DNA from: an uncultured Bacilli bacterium
GTDB taxonomy: Bacteria; Bacillota_I; Bacilli_A; RF39; UBA660
Direction of reading: 5' to 3'
Assembly (NCBI GenBank): GCA_934162665.1
Contig: CAKPJN010000007.1
Span: 2,479 to 66,478 of the forward strand
DNA length: 64,000 nucleotides
The notes under the pieces: generated by a model
The model's input: only the letters and a program-made list of their open reading frames with translations
Databases searched by the model: none
What the model was told of the DNA's origin: nothing
Part shown: piece by piece, positions 19,435-27,236 of the stretch
Layout of the letters: each line of letters begins with the position of its first letter
How positions within the stretch are numbered: the stretch's first letter is position 1
Program-made: the position numbers and the translations under genes

Positions 19435-20557
19435 AACATTTTTAAAAGTATTAAATAAGTGTAAAATGCCTGTTATAATGTTTACAATTATGCTTATCAT
19501 ATTCGGAGCATTTAGAACAACAACTAATGAAGATACTGGAAACTTTATAGAAACTAAGCCTGATATTGCTATAGTAAATAATGATGAAAACACAGGAATC
19601 ACAAAAGATTTTATAAATTACTTAAATGAAAATGCCAATGTTAAAGAAGTAGATAACCTAGATGATGCTTTATTTTATAGAGATGTAAGTTATATTGTAT
19701 ATATTCCAGATAATTTTAGAGATGACTTCTTAAATGGTAAAAATCCTAAAATAGAAGTAAAAAGTACAGGAGATTATGAATCAAATTTAGCAGAAATGAT
19801 AATTGATAGATATATTAAAGTAGCAAATATCTATGTAAGCGAAAATCTTTCAGAAGATGAAGTCATCAGAAATATAAATGATACTTTAAATGATAAAACA
19901 GAAGTAGAAATAACATCAAAATTAGATGAAACAGGTATTTCAAAATTAGTCTTTTTCTATAATTTTGCTAATTATTCTCTTTTAGCAGGAGGAATATATG
20001 TTGCATGTTTGATTCTTTCTAGTTTTAAAGAAGAAAAAATTAGAAAAAGAACAATAATTAGTAGTATGAATGATAAGAAATTTAATAGGCAACTATTACT
20101 ATCAAATAGTTCGTTTATGATTTGTTTATGGGCATTTTACTCTTTACTAGGTATAGTTCTTTTGGGAGATATAATGTTTACAAAGCAAGGATTAATTTGT
20201 GTTATAAACTCATTTATATTCAGTATGTGCTGTTTAACGATAGCATTTCTAATAGGAAATATAAGCAGTAATAAAAATGCTATAAATGGAATTATAAATG
20301 TAATTGCACTAGGTTCAAGTTTCTTATGTGGTGCATTTGTTCCAATGGAATGGTTACCAAAATCTATATTATCACTTGCTCATATTCTACCATCATATTA
20401 CTATATTAAAACAAATGAATTATTAAAAGAAATAGAAATATTTAATATAGATACTTTAAAACCTATTATTTTGAATATGATAGTTATAGTGATATTTAGT
20501 GTAATATTTGTTGTAATTACAAATGTTATTTCAAACAAAAATAAAAAGATAGATTAG
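19421..20557 (+). CDS. ABC-2 type transporter permease (second subunit)
   Basis: Same topology as the preceding permease and overlaps it by 14 nt. Confidence 0.6.
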   Translation: MIVFKTFLKVLNKCKMPVIMFTIMLIIFGAFRTTTNEDTGNFIETKPDIAIVNNDENTGITKDFINYLNENANVKEVDNLDDALFYRDVSYIVYIPDNFRDDFLNGKNPKIEVKSTGDYESNLAEMIIDRYIKVANIYVSENLSEDEVIRNINDTLNDKTEVEITSKLDETGISKLVFFYNFANYSLLAGGIYVACLILSSFKEEKIRKRTIISSMNDKKFNRQLLLSNSSFMICLWAFYSLLGIVLLGDIMFTKQGLICVINSFIFSMCCLTIAFLIGNISSNKNAINGIINVIALGSSFLCGAFVPMEWLPKSILSLAHILPSYYYIKTNELLKEIEIFNIDTLKPIILNMIVIVIFSVIFVVITNVISNKNKKID

Positions 20558-20618
20558 TAGTTTAAAAAGTTATAAGTTGTTGTTAGATAAATTACAATTA
20601 ATCGAGCAGATTATAAAA

Positions 20619-20658
20619 GGAATATGAATCTATAAAACTCATATTCCTTTTTCTTTTG
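20619..20658 (+). terminator. Rho-independent terminator of ABC operon
   Basis: Perfect 9-bp inverted repeat GGAATATGA/TCATATTCC around an 11-nt loop, followed by TTTTTCTTTT. It overlaps the stop codon of the convergent RHH gene. Confidence 0.6.
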
Positions 20659-20791
20659 AATCTAACATTTTGATGTAACCCATTTCTAATAACTGAACCA
20701 TCATTTTAGTAGTTGATATACCATAGAACTTTGCCATTAATTTTATTCTATCATATAGTTCTATTGGCAGATAAAAATTAAATCTATGCAT
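20639..20791 (-). CDS. Ribbon-helix-helix (CopG/Arc-type) DNA-binding protein, 50 aa
   Basis: Not in the ORF track (below 60 aa). Strong RBS AGGAGG 8 nt upstream of the ATG. Translation MHRFNFYLPIELYDRIKLMAKFYGISTTKMMVQLLEMGYIKMLDSKEKGI carries the classic RFNFYLP RHH beta-strand. Confidence 0.6.
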   Translation of the reverse strand: MHRFNFYLPIELYDRIKLMAKFYGISTTKMMVQLLEMGYIKMLDSKEKGI

Positions 20792-20820
20792 TATATTTGA
20801 CCTCCTTTATTTATTTTATT

Positions 20821-21070
20821 TAGGATGAAAATAACTAAAACTCTCGTGAAATATGAAACAGCAGGATAAGAAACTTGTGCATCATACCTTATCAATCCCT
20901 TATAAAATAAGGAATTAGGTATGTGCAAGTCTTATTTCGTACTTACGAAATTCATCCTACTTTGTAGGTTGATATAAAGGTTAATCCCTTTTTTATTTCT
21001 TATATTTAGGGACTTTATTGTTTTAGATTTTCATCCTAAATGCTAATTTTTAGTGATTTTTGTAGGATGA
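20821..21070. repeat. Cluster of TAGGATGA / TCATCCTA octamer motifs including a palindromic full site
   Basis: TAGGATGA at 20821-28 and 21063-70; its reverse complement TCATCCTA at 20952-59 and 21031-38. The palindrome TCATCCTA-CTTTG-TAGGTTGA lies at 20952-20972. Confidence 0.5.
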
Positions 21071-22258
21071 TTATGTTTTTTGAGATTCTAATTCATTTTT
21101 GAATTTTTCTTTTAAGTCTTTAAAGATTTTACTATATGTTTCATTACTAATATTTGGAATATTACTTAAATCTAGTGTAATAACTCCTAATTTTAAATTT
21201 TGATTTTTAAACCCTTTATCTGGCTTTATAGAAATTAATCGTATTATTTTTTCTAGATTAATATTAGATGAATATTTTATATCTTTTAAATCATCATCAG
21301 TATCTATTTCATAGTAATTAAATTTATATTCGTTTAATGTACTACATAACTTATCAAAATAATTTTTAACTTCTTCTTTACTTTTTACTTCATGGTTCAT
21401 ATTAAGATAACAACCATATTCATCTTTAAATAATCTTAAGTTAAAAGGTACACTATAATTATTATGGTTATCTATTAAATCTTTCAAATAGGAACTTCTA
21501 AATTCTCCATTTATGATATTGATTTTATTATTCGTTTTTAGAGTGGTTAAGTTATCAATATATTTAGCAATTATTCTTTGTTTTTCCTGTTTTTCTAAAC
21601 CATCCCATTTATAAAAATCTTTTAAGTAGTTGTCGGGTTTGGTAAACATTTCTATTTCTTGCTTATCTTCTAGTATTAGCAAATCATCTAAAGTAAAACT
21701 TAAAATTTCATATTGTTTTTGTTCTTTTTGTTTATTTAATAGTTCTTCTCTTTTAAAATCAATATGTTTTATTTCTTTATTAAAATCAATTTCACTATTA
21801 TCTAATTCAGATTTTATAAATTGTGTATAGTAATCATTTAATAGGTTATCTTGTCTTAATAATTCATTAAATAGTAAGATTAAACTTTCTTCTATATCTT
21901 TTTCAGTATAATATGCTTTACAACCTTTACATTTGTAATAATAGTATTTCTTGCCACTAGGTTTTGTACTAGCACATCCACCTAAGAAACAACCACATTT
22001 AGAACATTTAAGTTTATTAATAAATAGATATGTTGCAGTTCTTTCATAGTGCCTAGCATTTTTTTTTGCTTGTATTTGGCAAGAATCCCATTTTTCTTTA
22101 GATACAATAGGCTCTATAACATTTTCATAGTAAGTTGGATGCTTTGTTCTTTTGCCATGAATAAAATCGCCTTTATAAAGTTGATTTGCTAGTATTTTTT
22201 GTATTGTAGAATCATACCAATTTGTTTTATCTAATAATTTTTCTTCGTTAATGATGTC
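21071..22258 (-). pseudogene. Large serine recombinase, 5'-truncated (lacks N-terminal catalytic resolvase domain)
   Basis: Manual translation shows one continuous frame, with no stop from 22276 down to 21071. It contains the recombinase-domain pattern (WYDSTIQKILANQLYKGDFIHGKRTK..PIVSKEKWDSCQ) and the zinc-ribbon pattern (LKCSKCGCFLGGC...YYYYKCKGC) of large serine recombinases, followed by a coiled-coil tail. No resolvase catalytic domain exists upstream, because the frame runs into the antisense of the integrase fragment. Confidence 0.6.
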
Positions 22259-22262
22259 AGAA

Positions 22263-22391
22263 AATAAAGAATTATATCAAATAAGTAAAAAAATTGGCCA
22301 TAGTGACTACTCTACAACAGTTAATAAATATGGCCACTTATCAAATCAAATTAAAAGAGAAATTGCGGAAATTACAGATAAATATATTTAA
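22263..22391 (+). pseudogene. Tyrosine recombinase/integrase C-terminal fragment (about 42 aa including catalytic Tyr box)
   Basis: The plus frame translates NKELYQISKKIGHSDYSTTVNKYGHLSNQIKREIAEITDKYI*, matching the ..LGHS.I.TT..YTHV.. C-terminal box of phage-type integrases. No integrase sequence lies upstream; that region encodes the serine recombinase on the other strand. Confidence 0.5.
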
Positions 22392-22458
22392 AATGGGAGT
22401 AATTTAAAGAGTAAAAATAATAAAAACCGTTACAGTATAACGATTTGAAAACACAAAA

Positions 22459-22493
22459 TGGTGCCAGTAAGGAGCAGGTCTAACAACTCCTAG
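22459..22493 (-). repeat. tRNA/tmRNA 3'-end-like fragment (T-arm + CCA), putative att remnant
   Basis: Minus-strand reading CTAGGAGTTGTTAGACCTGCTCCTTACTGGCACCA has an AGGAG/CTCCT stem and terminal CACCA. It resembles the tmRNA 3' end at 26105-26136 (GGACAGGAGTTCGATTCTCCTCAGCTCCACCA). Confidence 0.3.
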
Positions 22494-22942
22494 ACAAAAA
22501 GATGATAGTAAGTAATACTTACTAACTAATTACATTATACACATTAGCAAAACAAAAAGAAAGTATTTTATTCTACTTTCTTATTTTCTTTAGTATCGGT
22601 CCTTTTTCTTCATGAATTGCTTAATATAGTTTTTCTCTAGCAATTGATGATTGTGGATTTCTCATTTCTTTTATATTTTCTAAAGCATCTAACAATATTT
22701 TTTCTTTTTTTGAAGCGTTTTCTAATTATACTTTATCAATTGACAGATCAACATACAGATAATTATTCTTTATTGATGTTTTCTATATTTACTTTTATAC
22801 TTTTGGAAATGCCATATCCTAAATTAACAACGATTGAACTTACAAATAATATTCCAAAAAGAATTATGTCTTTTGTTAATAATATAGTAGCAACTGAAAT
22901 TACTCCTCACCAACTAATCTATTTATTGTATTTCTAATAATT

Positions 22943-23320
22943 TTATCTTCTTTTCATTAATTTTAAAGTTTTTGTTTGCTCTTCTAATTTATCAATTTTA
23001 CTATCAATAATTTTTTCTGCTATCTTATATCCTATACTATTTTCATTTAATTTCTCAACTATATATTTAAACTCATTAGGAGCTATATCTAAAAATGTTC
23101 TTAATGCTATTTCAAGTACATACAACTTTTTATCTTCATCGATATCGTAATGTCCGACACCTGTTTTTATAGTCTCAAAAATTTCACCATATCTTATATA
23201 AATAATAGTTTTTTCTTGAAATGTACCTCTTATATCAGATTGTTGCTCTATAATAATAAAATTAGTACCGATTACATCATCATACTCGTCTTTAATATCA
23301 TTATGACTTATATCTGCCAT
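22943..23320 (-). CDS. Hypothetical protein (125 aa), island cargo
   Basis: ORF with no recognisable motif. Confidence 0.4.
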   Translation of the reverse strand: MADISHNDIKDEYDDVIGTNFIIIEQQSDIRGTFQEKTIIYIRYGEIFETIKTGVGHYDIDEDKKLYVLEIALRTFLDIAPNEFKYIVEKLNENSIGYKIAEKIIDSKIDKLEEQTKTLKLMKRR

Positions 23321-23380
23321 TTTTTCATCTCCTTTTTGTAATTGTTTATTATAACATAACTTAATATATATGTGTATATA

Positions 23381-23890
23381 TTAAAAATCCTCATATATTG
23401 TTCTTTCAATTTTCTTTACTTTTACTAAATCAGGTCCAATTTCAATATTCTTTTTACATTGTTCCATATAATATCTGCATAATGGTTTACTCCAATTATA
23501 ATATTTTAAAAATAAATCTGAATAACCATAAACAATATTATTAGCAATACCAATTAATTTTTTCTTATCTTCTAATAATTTTTTTTGTGTTTCTAATTTT
23601 TCTTCTTTGGTATCATTTCTATATGATTTTTGAGCAATTTTAATAAAATAGTATTCTCTAATTAGATTATCTAATGTCATATATTCTTCTTTAGTATATT
23701 TATTATCAGTAATTTCTACTCCCCAACCACATAATTCATTATTAGAAGAATCAAATCCACATGTCATGGAAACATTAAATCCCACTACAAAGCCTCCCCT
23801 CAAATAGTAAAAAATTATACCATATTTTCCCACTTTTATAGCATTTTTATAATCATTATTTATTTTCGATAAAAACTCTATTGTTTTCAT
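23381..23890 (-). CDS. Hypothetical protein (169 aa), island cargo
   Basis: ORF whose start overlaps the end of the KilA-N gene by 35 nt. No recognisable motif. Confidence 0.4.
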   Translation of the reverse strand: MKTIEFLSKINNDYKNAIKVGKYGIIFYYLRGGFVVGFNVSMTCGFDSSNNELCGWGVEITDNKYTKEEYMTLDNLIREYYFIKIAQKSYRNDTKEEKLETQKKLLEDKKKLIGIANNIVYGYSDLFLKYYNWSKPLCRYYMEQCKKNIEIGPDLVKVKKIERTIYEDF

Positions 23891-24776
23891 TTATTCTTTC
23901 TTGTAGTAATTCTAATTCTTTAATACCTTTATTATTTTTTAATATTTCCATTTGGTTTCTAGCAGAATTATTCAAACTAATCAATCTTTCACTCTGTGAC
24001 ATACCTAGTTTTATAAACTCTGCATTTGTATTTTCTAAATTATTTAATATTACTAAATGTAATAAATCAGTATAATCTCTCATATTACCATTTTTTGCTA
24101 ATTTAGGATTATTTTCTCTCCATTCTTTAGCAGTCATTCCAAATAATGCAACATTTAATACATCAGCTTCTTCAGCATATACAAATCTTTTTTGTTCTTC
24201 TGTTAGTGTAGGAACTATATAATTTTTAACTGCATCTGTATGAACCACATAATTTAATTTAGATAATAATCTATTAGCGTGCCATTCAATTTTTTGTTGA
24301 TACATTTCATTACTTTTTAATCTTTCAAATTCTTTTATTAAATAAAGTTTAAATTCAGGACTTAACCAACTGGCAAATTCAAATGCAATATCAGGATGAG
24401 CAAATGTTCCACCATCATATCTTCCAGATTTTGAAACAATTCCAATTGCATTAGTTTCTTTAATCCATTTTTGTGGGGACATTTTAAATTTATTACTGCC
24501 TGCTTCATTTTTAAAGGTAGCGAATTCGCCCCCTTTAAAATTTTTATTATTCATACTTTCCCATAGTCCTAAATAAGAAATAACTTCTTTATTTCTCATC
24601 CAATCTCTAATTGGAAGTCTTGGTTCTTCTGCATCAGCATATCTCGCTAAATCAGTAAGTGATATATAATCTACATCTCCAATTCTCATTATTCCTATTT
24701 TATTATCTATAACATTTATTTCAGTTTTTACTAAATCTTTTGACATATTTTTGCTCCTTTCTAAATAGTTAGACAA
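23856..24776 (-). CDS. KilA-N domain protein with C-terminal coiled-coil
   Basis: GRYDGGTFAHPDIAFEFASWLSPEFKLYL matches the KilA-N/APSES core. Confidence 0.6.
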   Translation of the reverse strand: MSNYLERSKNMSKDLVKTEINVIDNKIGIMRIGDVDYISLTDLARYADAEEPRLPIRDWMRNKEVISYLGLWESMNNKNFKGGEFATFKNEAGSNKFKMSPQKWIKETNAIGIVSKSGRYDGGTFAHPDIAFEFASWLSPEFKLYLIKEFERLKSNEMYQQKIEWHANRLLSKLNYVVHTDAVKNYIVPTLTEEQKRFVYAEEADVLNVALFGMTAKEWRENNPKLAKNGNMRDYTDLLHLVILNNLENTNAEFIKLGMSQSERLISLNNSARNQMEILKNNKGIKELELLQERINENNRVFIENK

Positions 24777-24831
24777 ATCTGACTAATTGTCTTCCTATAT
24801 CAATTTTACCATAAAATTTAGTTGATTATCT

Positions 24832-26091
24832 TTATAATTCAATATCATCATCTTTTTTCTTATTTTCTTTATATTTTTTACTAATAGGTAAATCATATAT
24901 TTTCTTATATTCTTTTTCAGTTATTATATTACTTTCTCTTAAATCATCTGTAATATCCTTATATTTACTTTTTAATATATTACCAAATAATCCTTTAACT
25001 CTTTCAGATATAAAATCTACAATTTCATTAACTCTTTGCTTCCAAGATTCTACTTTTGCTTCAAGTTCAATTATTTTTTTATTTAATGTATTTATTGTAT
25101 TTTTTGAAACCATTAACAATCTTTCTTTTTCTTCTAATTTAACTTTTAAATCTTCATTATCATTTGTTAAATTTCTAATAGTATTATGATTATCTTCTAA
25201 ATCTTTTTTTATATTTTCAAGTGATAAATTATAATTATTAATACTTTTAAAGTTTTTATTATTCTTATCAATATCATTTATATACTCTAATAATTTATCT
25301 TTTTTATCATTAGAAATAATTAAGTTGTTGTTTGATAAAGGTTGTTGTTTTAAACTTTCTAATATTTCTTTAACTTCGTTTGATTTCACATTTATCTTAT
25401 CTACATTTTTATTTATTTCAGTTATTTTCTTATGTTGTTTTTTATAATCATTTTTCAACTTATCATAATTTTTCATTTGTCCAACACGATAATCTTGATT
25501 GCTTCCTTGTTCTTTTTCTTTTAATTTAGCATTCAAGCCATAAACTTTATTAAAATCATTTATACAAGATTCTCTAAGTTTATCTTGAATAATTTTTAAT
25601 AATTCTATTGTAAATACATCAGATTTTCCTACTTGTTTATTCATACCTGTTTTACAATTTTCTTTTACTGGAACACCAACTATATGCAAGTGTAGAGAGT
25701 ATTCATCAAAATGGCAAGTCGCATTTGCTACATAGAAGTCTGGAACTATTTCTTTTAAATCTTTAATTAATATCTTATTACTTAAATTTTCAATATAGAT
25801 ATTTGTTTCATAATTAAATGCAAGAAATGTAATACCTTTAATAATTATTCTATGTGGCTCTACATAAGATAAGTTTGTTCTTTCTATTGTTCTAATTGAA
25901 CCTTTTTGTATTTCACATTTAGTATTGCAGAAACTACATACAAATTCTAGTTTCTTTCTTAATGCTTCTTCAATATCAATTTCTTGCTTAATAATATTTA
26001 CCATTAAATCATCCCTTTCTTTTAAACACAACAAAAAATCAATTCCATTTCTAGAATTGATATTTATTAGTAAAGTTGAACTAATGTTCAA
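24832..26091 (-). CDS. MobV-family relaxase / plasmid recombination enzyme (Mob_Pre) with coiled-coil C-terminus
   Basis: HxDE..HxH motif CHFDEYSLHLHIVGVP sits at residues 127-136, the position of MobM motif III. Followed by a long K/E/N-rich coiled-coil. The start codon is TTG 13 bp from the tmRNA 3' end. Confidence 0.6.
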   Translation of the reverse strand: MNISSTLLININSRNGIDFLLCLKERDDLMVNIIKQEIDIEEALRKKLEFVCSFCNTKCEIQKGSIRTIERTNLSYVEPHRIIIKGITFLAFNYETNIYIENLSNKILIKDLKEIVPDFYVANATCHFDEYSLHLHIVGVPVKENCKTGMNKQVGKSDVFTIELLKIIQDKLRESCINDFNKVYGLNAKLKEKEQGSNQDYRVGQMKNYDKLKNDYKKQHKKITEINKNVDKINVKSNEVKEILESLKQQPLSNNNLIISNDKKDKLLEYINDIDKNNKNFKSINNYNLSLENIKKDLEDNHNTIRNLTNDNEDLKVKLEEKERLLMVSKNTINTLNKKIIELEAKVESWKQRVNEIVDFISERVKGLFGNILKSKYKDITDDLRESNIITEKEYKKIYDLPISKKYKENKKKDDDIEL

Positions 26092-26104
26092 CCAGATTCT
26101 TTAA

Positions 26105-26445
26105 TGGTGGAGCTGAGGAGAATCGAACTCCTGTCCGAAAATAAAGCTACATAAACTTCTACAAGTTTAGTTAACTAATTAAATTCATCTAATTATAAAG
26201 TAGTTAACACCCAGATAATTAGACTAGACTATTAATTTCATTTTAGCTATAGTCATAACTAAAACATAATCTGTTAAAAATTGAACCTCCATATATCTAG
26301 CAGATAAGATATATTTCAGTGCATCCCATTAAATTAAGCGAATGCTAATTGATTTCTGTTTCCAGTTATTTTTAATTTGCTTTAACGTAATGCGTACGAC
26401 TTGCCATTTATGCTCTAATATTCCCGTCGAAACCAAGTCAGCCCC
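26105..26445 (-). ncRNA. ssrA: tmRNA (ssrA)
   Basis: 5' GGGGCTGACTTGGTTTCGACGGG and 3' GGACAGGAGTTCGATTCTCCTCAGCTCCACCA tRNA-like ends. Internal tag frame ..AGC AAA TTA AAA ATA ACT GGA AAC AGA AAT CAA TTA GCA TTC GCT TAA (..NQLAFA*). smpB lies immediately upstream. Confidence 0.8.
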
Positions 26446-26490
26446 ATGCACAAATTATAACATATATACACCATAAAATCTAGAAGTAAA
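26446..26490 (-). promoter_or_regulatory. Putative ssrA promoter
   Basis: An extended -10 TGTTATAAT lies about 8 nt upstream of the mature 5' GGGGC on the minus strand. Confidence 0.3.
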
Positions 26491-26507
26491 ATACTGGTAA
26501 TAAAATA

Positions 26508-26786
26508 TTAAAAATACTTATAGCAATTATTACAATCAGAGCCATAAGCTTTTTCAATTCTTTTAATCATATTTTTATCATATTTATATACTTTATGAAA
26601 ATCATCTGTATGACCAAAATAGCCACAATTAGATAAGGCAACAGTATCTGTTAAATCCCTTATAGCATTTTCTAAACACACATTAAAACTTGAAATATCA
26701 TTAGTATTAACCTTATTTCTACTCTTATTAAAATTACTTTTTTCCAAATAGGAATTTTTTAAAATATATTCTGTAATTTTATCCAT
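26508..26786 (-). CDS. Small Cys-containing hypothetical protein (92 aa)
   Basis: ORF between smpB and ssrA with a CGYFGH...CNNCYKYF Cys pattern. Confidence 0.35.
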   Translation of the reverse strand: MDKITEYILKNSYLEKSNFNKSRNKVNTNDISSFNVCLENAIRDLTDTVALSNCGYFGHTDDFHKVYKYDKNMIKRIEKAYGSDCNNCYKYF

Positions 26787-26794
26787 AAAATCTC

Positions 26795-27232
26795 CTAATA
26801 CTTTTTTAAAGTTTTCAACGCTTCCCTTTTAATATCTCTTTCCTTTATACTCTCTCTTTTATCATATTCTTTTTTACCACGACAAATTCCTAATTGCACC
26901 TTTAACCTATTATCCTTAAAATAAAGCTTTATAGGGATAATAGTATACCCTTTAATATCAATTGCATCTTTTATCTTCAAGATTTCTTTTTTATGAAGCA
27001 ATAACTTTCTAGTCCTAGTTTCATCATGATTAAAAATATTTCCTTCTTTATATTCACCAACATACATATTTAGTAAATATATTTCGTTGTTCTTTATAAT
27101 ACCATAACAATCCTTTATATTGCAACTACCATTTCGAATAGATTTAATTTCTGTTCCAGTAAGTACAATACCAGCTTCATAAGTATCTTCAATAAAATAA
27201 TCATGCTTAGCTTTTCTATTTAAGATTTCCAT
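26795..27232 (-). CDS. smpB: SsrA-binding protein SmpB
   Basis: Conserved SmpB sequence (GIVLTGTEIKSIR...RTRKLLLHKKEI). Confidence 0.9.
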   Translation of the reverse strand: MEILNRKAKHDYFIEDTYEAGIVLTGTEIKSIRNGSCNIKDCYGIIKNNEIYLLNMYVGEYKEGNIFNHDETRTRKLLLHKKEILKIKDAIDIKGYTIIPIKLYFKDNRLKVQLGICRGKKEYDKRESIKERDIKREALKTLKKY

Positions 27233-27236
27233 TCAA

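Noticed and set aside
22644-22937. 97-aa plus-strand ORF in the island (MMIVDFSFLLYFLKHL...)
   Set aside because: Phe/Leu/Ile-rich translation typical of chance ORFs in AT-rich DNA. No RBS and no motif. It lies in the likely regulatory or att region.
20619-26104. Intact prophage or functional integrative element
   Set aside because: No capsid, terminase, portal or tail genes are present. Both recombinase genes are truncated, so only remnants and cargo remain.
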